From Takakia lepidozioides (lineage: Eukaryota > Plantae > Bryophyta), in assembly GCA_030704615.1 (NCBI GenBank), contig CM060733.1:23622001-23686000 (forward strand): a stretch of DNA of 64,000 bases. The letters run 5' to 3'. Below the pieces are notes generated by a model. The model did not search any database. It saw only the letters and a list, made by a program, of their open reading frames with translations, and had not been told where the DNA came from. Positions 24,921 to 37,687 of this stretch are shown here, one piece after another; positions within the stretch are counted from its first letter, which is position 1; every line of letters begins with the position of its first letter. The translations under genes were made by a program, and so were the position numbers.

Positions 24921-27900
24921 TTAATCTTGAAAATCATCCGAATCCTCATCCTGTTCTAGACTGTCCTGCTCCTCCTCCACCCCCTCAGTGCCTCTCTCAT
25001 CTCCAGCGGACTGCTCGTTGGCCAGGCTTTCGAAAATCCCATCTTCCCCTTGCGGAACTGTCCATCTCACCTCCGTTGGGTCGTCTTCCTCCCTGTCTGC
25101 GTCGCTCTCATCCGCTGAATCACATATGTACTTTCGTACCCGTCTACCTGTCTGAGCTGCTGCCAACTCTTTCCTTATCCTTCTGTCCTCCCTAGCCCTC
25201 TCCAAAATCTGCTCTACTTTACTGGGATTCTCACTTCTTCTAATCGCTGTATTTGCGAGTTTAGCTGCATAACTAGGAAGGGAGTAGTCCCTCACCGGGC
25301 TCGTCATGAAGTCGGCCCTCGCAAAGAACGGGACATTCTTCCTGGCAGGAAGTGTAGGCCCTACATGTTTCGACACGGACCCTGCAATCCTGCACATGAC
25401 AATCATCAACGAGACTAATGAGAACCACAGTCGGGAAATTCCTTTGACATAAATGACCCAGAAGGCTTTGCAAACTTACAATGTTTGCACTCACTCGTAT
25501 TCCGGGTTCTCCTCTGCATCAATGTCCACTGTGTCTTCCTCGGACTCCGACGAATCCGAGGAGACTTCCGCTCTGTCGGGAGCCTTCACATTCCGTTGCA
25601 GCCCCTCCAGATGGGATCCCCACACGGATGAATCCTCCTCGTAGGCAAAGAGGTGCCGGTCGGAAAACCGCCCAGCCCACATTGAGGCACCTGTTACAAT
25701 GCCATCCACACATTACCACATGGCGCTTCAGATGTTGCGAACTACATCCTAACGAGAATTTGCAGAACAGCAGAGATCAAGATTCTGCATACCTGTCCCA
25801 CAGATGAGGTCCAGCACTGTGCCCTCCACGTCTGTGCATGTCTCCATAATTGTCTGAATGAAGGCAGGGCTCCGAGTCCGTGAGTACCGCAGGGGTTCCG
25901 TTGAAGTGAGGCTATGAGGGAGAAGTTCCTTGGGAACGTTGTTGAACAGAACGTCGTAATCGAGTGGGTCGCAGTTTGGGTCAACCTTTCCTCCCTCCTT
26001 CCGGAAAGCAAAGGTGGAGTTTTCCTTCACAAAGCAGTATGCATCGAACTGCTTCGTCTGCATACACAGGGGGAAAACGATTAGAAACCGAATGCGGCAC
26101 CGCATTTGAAAGCACCCAAGCAAATGAATGGACGAGTGCCAGTGTCGTAATCACCTTCTTCCCTTCCGACCGAAGGCCCAGTGTGTTGATGCACGTCCAC
26201 TTCTTTTTCAGAATCGGGACGGCGCTCTTGCGGGTCCACTTCGCAATTCCTGTCTGAGTGTTTTTTCCTCTGCTCGCCAGGACAACCACACAGCCTCTGT
26301 CGTCCAACACCATGCGGGCAAGCCCGAATCCTTTCTTCCAAAAGTCCTCCGAGTACCTGTTCCAAGATGGCAAAGCTTGCAGTCCTTCCACAGGCTCTCC
26401 GTCCGGAATATCCAAGATGATCATATCGCAAGACCACTCGGTGGCATTTCCGCCCCTCCTACAATCCTTGTCTGCACACACCCTCTCAAAGAAGGAGACC
26501 ATATTCTGAAATCCTGGGGTGTCGGAAGGCTCTTCGGCAGTCGCCTTCTTCAGTGCTCTGCCCTTCAGACCCTCCATGGTCTTCGTGTATGCCAACTTGG
26601 CTGCCCGTCCATCCAAAGCCGCCAAGAAACTCTCATTTACACACTGGACTACAGTTTCGGGAGCCACTTTCGGCCTCTTCATTTCCACCGGCTCGAAAGG
26701 GTGCCCCCCTGGGGGTTGAAGAGTGCCTTCTTTGCCGAGCCAGTTCTCGTGCCTCTCGTGACAACGGTGGGCACAGGGGAGGCAGCCTGCGTTTGGGGGG
26801 GTGGGCTGGTTGCAAAGTCTCCATCGGAGTCCTCTTCCTCACCCTCTTCCTGAACAGGCTGTTTCTGCTTCTTCGTTTTGGCGGGTGTCACAACAGCTGC
26901 TCCTTGCTGGCGAGTCCTCTTCTTCGACCCCTTCTGTTGGGCCTGCACAGCTGCATCCACCGTCTTTTGTGCCATCTCAGCTGCCTTTCTGGATTCTTCC
27001 AGAGCAGCAGATTCCTTTGCCGACTTTGGCCCAGCAGGGACACGTCTTTCCTTTCTCTTCTCTTCTGCCAAGGCGTGCAGATCTTTCTCAGACTCGTCAA
27101 CAATACCGCCAGACATGTCCAGGTACCACGGGCATCCAACGAGATGCGCGGGATGCCATTGTTTCTGCATCTCGGGTGTGTAGACACAGCTTGGGCCCGC
27201 CACGGTCCAAGCCATGAAGAACGGGGCTCTTGAGCCAGGGCCCCTGTCTGAAGGAGCACGTATTTCATATACCTGCAAGGCAGTCAGCATGCGTGAGCAA
27301 AAGTTGAGACCAACCTACTGGCAGAGTGCCACCGAAAACATAAAATGCGAATGCGGTGCCGCATTTCCGAGACAAACCTCGTAACCAGGCTTCGCATACA
27401 AGGGCAGCTGTGCTTCACCTGTAAACAATTCGCATTGCAGCTTTCCCCGCTCCCTCCTGATGTGTAAACTCCACGCTCCTTCTTGCAGTCTGTAGCTCTC
27501 TGGCGAAAAGGTTGTCCTTGTACGCACATCTGAAACGTGTCACGTAGTCTTCCAATGTCTGTGTTCCATCCCATTTGACGTACAAGCCGAACGAATTTGT
27601 GTGCATTACGACTTGCTCCTTCGCATTCGACATTACCTGCGATTCCCAAATCCATTGTCACGTAGCAGTTCAGGGAATTCATGTCAGAAAAGCAAATCTG
27701 GGGAAGTACCTTGAATTACCTGGAACCACCAAGTCATACGGTTGAGCCACACATCCACTGCAGGGTCGGAAACTTCCAGTGGAAAAGACCACATTGTCCT
27801 TATGCTCTCGGATGCATTCCAGATCGACAGCCACCGTGTCTGCCATTTCCGATCCAATGTCAGTGGCTGGAAGAGAGTGGCTATTGCTAGGAAGGAAATT

Positions 27901-29863
27901 CAGTGCATTGAAACCTCACCTTCTCTTTCGCCTCCACACATGCCGTTGAGAGGTGATGCAGTTTCTCCAATTGCATGGTCGGCTGCATGGCCCGAGAATA
28001 GTGTTTTGCAATCTCGGGGATGAAGTCCTTTCCAAGTGCCGGATCTGCAATTGCCACCAGCTTCACAAGCTTTGACTTGTATTTCGTTCTGGACTTGACA
28101 CCGGCTTCCTTCAAGTGCTCAGTCAATGACTGCAACGTTTTGACCTGCCCCTCACTTTCCATGAAGAAGCGTTTGGCATGGGCCAAATCCAGCTTGATGT
28201 TTGACTGCCAGCAAAAACATGCAGAAGCGTTACATTCGATTCATGTGGAAACATTACTGGAAATTGGGGAAGGATGAGCAGAGGGAAATTGGAGTACGAC
28301 TTACTTCGTATATCACCTCCACCATTCCATCCATAGTGAGACGATACCATGTCCGGTCTGTTTTTTGCAACGGCTTTCTGAATGAGCTCAGGCTCCAGCA
28401 TTTCCGCAAACATCTGCGGATCAGTAAGACCAGTTTTCCTCACCCTGTACAGCATATGTGCCATGTGGGTATGCACGTACGCATTCTCAGTGACCCTGCA
28501 AGGCACACTCTCCAGTTCAGTACACGGAAGCACGGAATCAAACCAGAATGGAAACCGAAATGCGGCACCGCATTTCGAACGTGCTAGGGAGGGTATGAGT
28601 ATCTTACGAGTTGAGGTCCGCCATGGCATTCTTGAGGAGGGAGGAGTCTGCCGCCTTGACCTTGAGGATGACACACTCCACCATGTAATGCCAGCCAATG
28701 TGCTTGGCATGGTTCTGCTTGATGTACTCCCACCAGGCGAGAAGTCGGTGATTCCCGTCCCACACAAAGAACATTTTTCCCGACATATGGCCGAAGTCGG
28801 GATCACCCTTCAGCGTCGCCTCGAATTCGTGGTTGCGAGTGTGCCAGTGGGTATCCCACGTTGACAATTCATCGGCAGTGGGTCCACGGGTTTCGCCGTC
28901 CTCAATTCTCTATGGAAACGTAAAACGCTGCCGATCCCAGACGGTACCCTTCTCGAAATGCGAACTTGAGCTTATCCACATCTCCGGGAAGGGCCTGCCT
29001 GACGATGGGAAGGGAGACCATGCGACAGAGTGGGATTCGAAGAGTCCGCTGGAATACCCTGCTGCCCAGAACTCTGCCAATGCTACTGTGTGTCTCCTCC
29101 AACATTTTATCCGCTGCACTTTTGAAATCCTCCGGAGACATGTCTGTAGGTGCCGGTAGTGGCTGAGCAGGTGGAGCATCCTCAACTGGAGCTGCACTCT
29201 GGGGCCTGTGTGCGGGCAATTCTGCCATTGCAGAGGCCTCCTCCGGGCCTGCTTGCTCATCGGTGGTGAGGTCTGGCTGCGAACGTTCAGCGGCAGCACC
29301 CTCCTCCGGTACCAAATCTCGATCAACGGTCGATCCCATTGCCTTCGCTGCAGCAGAGTCGGCCCCAACATCTGCAGGCGGGAAATCCTCCAGGAACTGA
29401 GCTTCAGCTCGTGGAAGCGGTTTTGCGGGAGATTGTTCGCCCGTCGCCCTGATTGCCTTCTGCTTCCTCATCCTTGCAGGTGAAGGTGTCTGCTGCAATA
29501 GAATCTGTCTTCTACCCTGCTGCTTCATTCGCGTTGGGGGGGTGAATCGGCCTGAGCCGGTTCAGAAGCCAGTAGAGGGACGGGCTGCTTCTTCTTCGAC
29601 TTTGCTGGAGAAGGGCCCGACCCCTGCTGGCGATTCTCCATGATCGAAGAACGCGAGTCGATCTCTGAGACTTTGAACTTGCCCTTCGAAGACGCGTCTT
29701 TGAATCGCAGAGGGCTAGGCCCGGCAGGAGTCCCCGCGCTCGGGGATCGGGTGGGTGTACGTGCTGCAGCTAGCTCCTCGGACTCTTCCTGCGGCTCTTC
29801 GGATTCCTGCGATCCCTCCAGCACGTCCACCTTTCCTGTTAGGCATGCAAACATGTTCTGCAT
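24921..29863 (-). pseudogene. ParB/Srx-like domain plus beta-class amino-MTase-like gene, copy C (full span, several single-base frameshifts)
   Basis: DGNHR at about 28745-28760. Splicing the GT-AG intron 25691-25792 gives TVLDLICGTGASMWAGRFSDRHLFAYEED. Acidic C-terminal tail ends at 24921. The frameshifts may be assembly errors. Confidence 0.7.
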
Positions 29864-30475
29864 TCAAGTCTCCTAGCATTCAGTCTAAGAATTACAGAAG
29901 CAAAATGGGGGGTTCGGTGCTCGATCAGCTGCGCGCAGCCCGATCGCATGGAGCTCTCACTGGTGGCTGGGTTGCCTGAGTGGCCTGCTGCTCGGAGATT
30001 GGCAATCTCCTCCTGTAGACGCATCTGCTTCCTCCCCTTCGGCATTGGCCTACGTCCGAAGTATAATTTCCGGAGCTTGCGACGAGGTCTCCTGTCTGGT
30101 GCACGAACTCCCCCCTCTCAGGTTCGAGCATAAGAAGAACAGAGAGAGGGAAAAGGGGCAAAGAGTGCAGATGGAAAGGGCGCGCGAGAGGGTGACTGAG
30201 GAGACACGACAAAAGTAGATGAAACGCGGTGATGCACCACTTGGGTTCGAAGGTTGGACGAAAGTGTCTCCTCGTGGAGTTTGTCATTACGAAATTCGAA
30301 TCGTTGAGGGTACGCCTGCCGTCCGAAAATCAAACATCATTATCCAACGGTCAGGCCGCGCCGCCTCATGCCCCTTCAGGCAGATAGAGTGCCGACATGT
30401 GCAGCAATTCCGTTGCTCCACGTGTTCACATTTCAAGGCATTTCCGTCCCAGCGTCTGATGAGTTGGAGCGAGAA

Positions 30476-31582
30476 TGCGAATGCGGCGCCGCATTTCCGT
30501 TAAGTACGATCACTCTGCTACACATCCGTACTTGTTGGAAGAAATGCGGCACCGCATTTCCGTTCCACCTTCACATACCTTAGTTGTTGAACGGAAATAC
30601 GGTGCCGCATTTCCGTCCCACAGCTCCATGTATGAGATTCAGAAGGAAATGCGGCGCCGCATTTCCGTTCCCACTTCACATACGTTAGTTGATGAATGGA
30701 AATGCCGTGCCACATTTCCGTTCGGGAAAAGTAGAGAGTCTCACCTGGACAGAAATGCGGTGGCCTGTCGCATTTCCGGTTGGAAAGGTTGAAGGTCTCA
30801 CATGGATGGAAATGCGGCAACACATTTCCGTAGCACAGCTCCAGGCCGAATATACAAACGAAAATGCGGCGCCGCATTTCCGTTCGAGAATGTCGGAAGG
30901 TGCGACTCGAACGGAAATGCGGTGCCGCATTTCTGTACCCGTTGCGCACGATTTTCAGTCAGAATGGAAATGCGGTACCGCATTTCCGTTCTTTACAGTA
31001 TTAACGTCTGACGCTGGCGGAAATGCCTTCCCGCATTTTCGTTCCACAGCTCCATGCCTCACATACAAAACGGAAATGCGGTGCCGCATTTCCGTTTGGA
31101 ATGTCGGATGGTGGACTCCGACGGAAATGCGGTACCGCATTTCAATTCCGATGTTCAGGATATTTCATCAGAACGGAAATGCGGTGCCGCATTTCCCTTT
31201 TAAATCTAACACTCCGTTCTGGAATGTTGGAGGTGCGACTCGGATTGGAAATGCGCTGCCCCATTTCAGTTCCGATGGTTCACGATTTTCAGTCAGAACG
31301 GAAATGCGGTACCGCATTTCCGTTCTGGAATGATGGTAAATGCGACTCGGATGGAAATACTTTGCCGCATTTCAGTTCCGATGGTTCACGATTTTCAGTC
31401 AGAACGGAAATGCGGTGCCGCATTTCCGTTCTGGGATGAAGATGGGTAGGTGCGTGACTCGATGAAAATACGGTGCCCCGCATTCAGTTCAAGATAGTTC
31501 ACGCGATTTCAGTCAGAACGGAAATGCGTGCCGCATTTCCGTTCTGGATAGTGTGAATGTCTCAACCGGTCGGAATTGCGCT
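30476..31582. repeat. Second copy of the 53-bp palindrome array
   Basis: Colinear with 20377-21190, with more small indels toward the contig end. Confidence 0.9.
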
Positions 31583-32082
31583 NNNNNNNNNNNNNNNNNN
31601 NNNNNNNNNNNNNNNNNNNNNNNNNNNNNNNNNNNNNNNNNNNNNNNNNNNNNNNNNNNNNNNNNNNNNNNNNNNNNNNNNNNNNNNNNNNNNNNNNNNN
31701 NNNNNNNNNNNNNNNNNNNNNNNNNNNNNNNNNNNNNNNNNNNNNNNNNNNNNNNNNNNNNNNNNNNNNNNNNNNNNNNNNNNNNNNNNNNNNNNNNNNN
31801 NNNNNNNNNNNNNNNNNNNNNNNNNNNNNNNNNNNNNNNNNNNNNNNNNNNNNNNNNNNNNNNNNNNNNNNNNNNNNNNNNNNNNNNNNNNNNNNNNNNN
31901 NNNNNNNNNNNNNNNNNNNNNNNNNNNNNNNNNNNNNNNNNNNNNNNNNNNNNNNNNNNNNNNNNNNNNNNNNNNNNNNNNNNNNNNNNNNNNNNNNNNN
32001 NNNNNNNNNNNNNNNNNNNNNNNNNNNNNNNNNNNNNNNNNNNNNNNNNNNNNNNNNNNNNNNNNNNNNNNNNNNNNNNNNN
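31583..32082. other. Assembly gap (500 N)
   Basis: Run of N. Confidence 1.
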
Positions 32083-35000
32083 AAGTACACTTCTCTGGAT
32101 TTCAGGCCCAGACCTTCTCATCCTGGCATCTGGCCAGACATAACTCCAATTTATGCAAGTGCTCATTCTTAGAGCTGTACACACTGAAATCATCCAAGAA
32201 CACCTGCATGAAATCATCCAGATACTCATGAAAAGATTCACTTATCACTCTCTAAAAGGTTGCTGGTGCATTACAAAGTCCCAAAGGGCATGACTTTGTA
32301 TGCATAAGCACCCAGTCTGTGATGAAAGCTGTCTTTCCTTGGTTTTCTTCTGCCACTTGCACTTGATTTATAACCACTGAAGCCATCCATGAATGAGTAC
32401 ATCTCATGGCCTGCCACAGTGTCCAATACTACTTCTGTGAATGGCAAGGGAAAGGATCTTTCTTCGTACAAGCATTCAGCTTCTTGTAGTTCACACAAAC
32501 TCTTAGTTTACCATTCTTCTTGGGAACTATCACAATGGGTGACAACCAAGTTGTATACTCTATTGGGTATATAAACTTAGCCTCAGCCAACTTCTTGATC
32601 TCTTCTCCAACCTTCTGTGCGTAGTTGGGATTCATTCTGTACCTTGCCTGCTTGATTGGTACTGACCCTGGTTCCAATTCAATCTTATGCTGACATATTT
32701 CAGGTGGTATCCTTTTAGATCCTCATAGCTCCAAGCAAATACATCTCTGTATTTGATGAACAAACTCTTAGCTTCTTCAAAGAATTCTGGCTCCAAATCA
32801 GCTCCTCCCTTCACCATCCTCGGTTCCTCTTTAGTTCCCACATTCACTTCCCTCACTTGCTCATCAGCTGTGATTGTCCAACCAGTCACCACTTCATCCT
32901 GTAAACTCACAGTGGCTGGTTCCTCTAGGATTTCCATTTCTCCTTCTTTTCTTCATAGAAATGTGATGGGTAACTGCTGGTTTCCTCTTCAATTGGTGTT
33001 GCTGACACTACACCACAGCAGATATCCTTAAACAACTTAGGCCTTCCAGCCGCATCTCTGCAACCTGCTCCACTCTGGGTGTGCAGCAAATAGGGTAGCT
33101 CCTGCTCCTCATCCAGTCCTCCTCTCCAGTCATACTCTCTGACCCCTCGAGGTCTTCTCGTAGCAGGTAATCTACTAGATTTCTTTGTGGTAATTTGTAT
33201 CTCGTGTATCCCATTATGCACGGTTAGTAACTGAGAATTCCAGTCATGGAATACCCTGGCCTGTTTCAGCCACGGACGTCCCAATAATAAGGAGTAAGCC
33301 TCCATGACTTCATCCATCTTCAACACAGTTACTGTGATCATAAAGATCATCTTCTGTATCTGTATCTTAACTCCTCTTATTAATCCCAATGGTTGTACAC
33401 TTCTTTGATCTGCATTGTTACTGTAAATGGGGCTGGTTTCATGTTACTTAGACCAAGCTTCTTTCTTAATTGGTCTGTCATGATATTACTCCTGAGCCTC
33501 CATCTATCAGTACATCAGTTAGTTCTGTGCTTCCAATTCTCAATTGGATTACTGGCATAGAATCATCAAGTCCATGACTGTTTTCTCGCCCTTCCGGCTT
33601 CACATTAAACCGGTCACATTGCTGTTCAGGTCTGTGTTCCTGTCTCCTGGGCAATTCGATTGATTGCTTGATACAGCCTGTGTCTACAATAAGGTGCCAC
33701 AGCCAATAGCTGTCCAATGGTAATCTCTGCTTTGGTCTGGCATATTACTTCAGTCAAAGTCCCTTCATTACTGCATGTCTGCATCTTCTTTCTTCCTTTC
33801 ATCCTCACTCACTTCTTCTTCTCCATCAGAATCAGAGGAATCTGCCACAGGAATATCAGTACTCTTCTGCATTTCCCTTATGGTATCTGCCACTTCCTTG
33901 TGCAGTTCCTTCTCATCTCTCCAAGCCTCATCATCTTCAGGCATATCACTGCCCCTTTCATTATCATCATCTTCCTCAACTACTGGAGGTATTAGTTTGG
34001 CTTTGCTTCTTGTTACTATCATTGTACTTACTTTTGGTACAACACATGGCCTAACCATGTGAGCTGCCACCACTGGCCCCTCATTCACAGGAGCTCTCAT
34101 CTCATTCTGGTGTCTAATCCAGAATGAACAGGCTGCCTTGCGATGTCCTGGCTGATTACAATAGTAACATAGTTCTTCACCATTGGGTCCTCGCCCTTGG
34201 TCTGCTCTTGGATTATTTCTGTAATCCTGATTCCCGGGCTGGTAATTCCCCTTGGATTACCCTGATAGTTGCCTCTGGAATTTCCTTGGTAATTCCCTCT
34301 TGAATTACCTCTCCCTTCCATGCCATTGTTATAACCACCAGACCTACCATAGTGGTCCTGATCATTGTTTCTTCTTGGCTGGGGCTGCACCTGATGCACC
34401 CTTACTTGCCTAGGTTCTCTTGCAACTGTCCTTCTGTTGTAGTAACAATTCTCAGTAGAATGGTTATCCATTTTACAGATAGTACAATGTTTCTCCTTCA
34501 TGTGGCATTTTGTGGTGGTATGGCCTTCATTCTGGCACTTTGCACACCATACACCCTTCCTCCAATGTGTTGCAGCCTCTGTGGCATACTTCTTCAAGAT
34601 TTCTTCCAATCTTTTCTCATAGTTATCCCTCTTCAACTTCTCCTTTCTCTTACTCTTCCTTTTTAGTTCTTGCTCTTCTTCTTCATCTGACTCATCCTCA
34701 GAGTCCTCATCATCCTTTTTCTCTCTCCTGAGCATTCCCAATTGCTCAATTCTGTTTGCAGTTTCAAATGCCTCCTCCACTGTATTATGGGGTAACATAT
34801 CCACTTTCTTTTGCAACTCTGGTCTTAGTCCACTCACAAACCAAGTCTTCTGTAAACATGGTGCTGGTACTGCAGCCAGTTTTTTCATCATCAATTCCAT
34901 CTTTTCCATATATTTCGGAATGCTGTATTCAAGCCATTCCAGGTTAGGAAATGATTATCAGGGAATCTTGCATGCCATTCACTTGCTTTCTTGATAAGTG

Positions 35001-37544
35001 AACAAGGAAACAATCTCATCTTGGCATCATCGCCATTCTCGTTGTTCACTATACACATGTGCTCAAATTGGCTAATGTGTACATCGGGATCCCCTTTTCC
35101 TGAATATATTGGAAAATGTGGTTTAGCCCGTGTTGGTTGTAACGCCATCTGTGGCCCTACCTTCTGCCCACTGACAGGTGCTGGCACCCCTGCTGGTGCT
35201 GGTCCTTCACGACATGTTGTTGTTGTGGTGGATCTTCCACCAAGTGGTGGCCCTTGAGCACTCCCTGCTACTGGCCCCACGATATTCACAGTATTCCCAG
35301 CTTCAGTTGCACTACTTCCCACACTCCGTGTCCCCCAGAGCCAGATCCAGGCAGCCCGCCTGATCCCCCTGAGCCGACACCTTCGTTGGCCTGTGATCCA
35401 AGTGCTCCACTTGATCCAGGTCCAACGGGTTGGGATGTCCTGGTTGTAGTCTCAACCTCAGCTGTTGGGTCTACTTCTTCATACTCTTCCTCTTCCAATT
35501 TCTTCTCTCTGTTTTCATCCTCCAAGTTTTGCCCTTGGGTTTCTTCTTCACTCATGTAACTCAACTGCAATGGTGTTGGAGAGTCTGAACTCTCCGTTGG
35601 CTCTGCCACATCCTCTCCTCCTTCTTCACCTTCCGCTTCAGAAACTGGAGTTCCTTGCTTTTGGTGTTCCATGCCAACTCTTATCAAAGATTTCTGTCAA
35701 ATCTTTTATCCAGGGATGTACCTCAGATCTTTCACCTCGTGATTGATCTTCTTCCCGTACCAATTCCCTTAATCTTTCTTGCAAAGAAAAAGAAGGAGTG
35801 GCATCCAACTCTAGTTCTTCCGGTATGGGTGATGTACTCTCTGATCTTAATGGTGTGAGAGGTCCAGATGATTCCCCTATGTCTATTCCTCTCTCCCAAA
35901 GATATGGATAATTAGCTTTCAGATAGCTTTCTCTTTTTGCTGAATATCTCTGGCGTCTAGCTTCTCTTTCATCACTCATGTCCCATGTCTTTCATTTCTT
36001 TTAATGTGGCAATAACCAAAACTCTCTTCTGTAATATCTCTCGTATATGCCTGGGTTTCTTTCTAGCTTCAATGCACCCTTGGCTATACTAGAAGTCTCC
36101 GTTACCATATAACCATATGGCAAACAAGTCTGGAAAGTTGTTCTTGGTGTGAGTTTGATCCACAAAATATCCTTTGGAATCCAATTCTTTACCAGTACAA
36201 GCTCTTCATGCATATGAGTATAAACATTCACCTTTCTTTCCTCCCAGCCTTCAAACTCTACTCGCTTAATGGATAGCCCACACCAGTGCCTCTCTTCCTC
36301 TACAGGCCACCTGATAAATCTTTATCACTCCTTTCTCCAGACCCCATTCAGGGTCAGCATCATTCACTCTCTTAAGAATGTTTTCTTTACAACCGTCTGG
36401 CAATTCCAAGAACCTCTGAAAGAATCGTTTGGATAATCTTTCCTTCTCAGTTTCACAGGAATTTGATTCACATCAAATTCCTAATTCTCCAACCACCATG
36501 ATCCCACCAGATGCCTGTCACATCTGGTTGTTCATGACCCAGTTCCCCCCAGTATGGTCGCCAAATTCACGCGGCTTTTACTCACCCATCCCTTCGCTAA
36601 TCCGAGCGGACTCCAAGATAGAAGAGTTGGAAATCTCTAAGCACTCAGCCCGCTCAGAACAATCAGTCTGACCTACAGCTAGTGTATCATGGGGTGTTTC
36701 CTATTTGTTTTTCCTTCCCGCATTCATTGTTAGCTAGTTACCTTACTGTTGTTAATTAAGTATCAGTTTGCTTCAGCAATCTATCGGATTCCATCAACTC
36801 ATCCATTCATTCCACAGCTTCACTCAGATCTCTCTACACAGTGTGAGTATGAAGTATGTATCAGATTAATATCTATCGAGTATCAGGCTGAAGCCATGGA
36901 GTCTCTAATCTGCTCTACATTACAACTCTACTGCTTGCATTCATTAAGCATCAACAGATCGTCCTCCTCCTACTCTGTGCTCTCCCTCCTTCCGCTCAGA
37001 GATGCGCTCTCTCCTCCTGGCCTCCCGTGATGTCCGAAGTCCCCCCCAGAAGTGATCCCTCGCCTCATCTCCCAGAATTCCCCAAGAAAAAGTCCCCTTC
37101 TCCCGTCCTCGCTCCTGGCTTTATCTTCCTACCCGTTGTTCTAACCGTTTCCCTCACTAACCGTCATCCGTGTACTAACATGTTCCATTCGCAGATGTTG
37201 TTCCCCACAATCGTTCCCTGTCCTGCTATCCGTTCCCTATGGTCGTGACAGCTGTGTCAAGCTGTGACTGGCTGTGCGACTGTGTTGGGCTGTGTCGACT
37301 GTGTCGAGCTGTGACTGGCTGTGTCTGGCTGTGTCGGCTGTGTCGGACTGTGACGAGCTGTGTTGGCTGTGACGGGCCGTGTCGGACTGTGATGAGCTGT
37401 GTTTGGCTGTGACGGGCTATGTAACCCCCCTCTAAAGTGTGCTGCTGTCACCCCCAAGGCTCCTGTTGGTCTTAGTCTGTGCAAAAATTAAGGGTACCCC
37501 ACAGATCCCGTATAAGTGTCTAAGTCCCAGACAGTCCTCTAACA
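32083..37544 (-). mobile_element. Ty3/Gypsy (non-chromovirus, Tat/Athila-like) element: 5' LTR, PBS, gag, protease and RT, truncated at the gap
   Basis: gag YSGKGDPDVHI..RLFPCSL, knuckles CAKC..H..C and CTIC..H..C, protease LIDGGS, RT WLSPIV / FMDGFSGY / FLDD. PBS TGGCGACCATACTGGGG at 36545-36563. Many frameshifts. Confidence 0.9.
36566..37544 (-). repeat. 5' LTR of the minus-strand Gypsy
   Basis: Starts TGTTAGAGGAC on the minus strand, is followed by the PBS and contains CACAGCC-type microrepeats at 37252-37420. Confidence 0.85.
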
Positions 37545-37687
37545 CCCTCAACCAGTGACAGGACACAGGCTCGCACACGGAGTCCTTCACGAGACTCTAA
37601 CCGTTAGAAGGGTGCTCGCTCACAAAGGGTTACAAATCCCAGACAGTAAACCGTGAGGACACGACTTTTTGAGAAGGGAAGGGGTAA

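Larger units (their letters stand above)
22211..31582 (+). mobile_element. MULE copy C (cargo-side arm, runs into the gap)
   Basis: Begins GGGGGCTGCTATTTCATGAGCCATGAGCC, an imperfect inverted partner of the terminus of A. Carries the same palindromes and the ParB-MTase gene. Confidence 0.75.

Noticed and set aside
15606-29863. Bacterial plasmid or phage contamination as the source of the ParB and MTase motifs
   Set aside because: The genes have spliceosomal introns conserved among paralogs and are nested with plant retroelements.
31509-32241. ORFs spanning the N run
   Set aside because: Gap artefacts.
32083-36000. Dense frameshifts as programmed frameshifting or ancient decay
   Set aside because: Mostly single-base losses with few stops next to a contig end, so more likely sequencing error; this cannot be resolved without reads.
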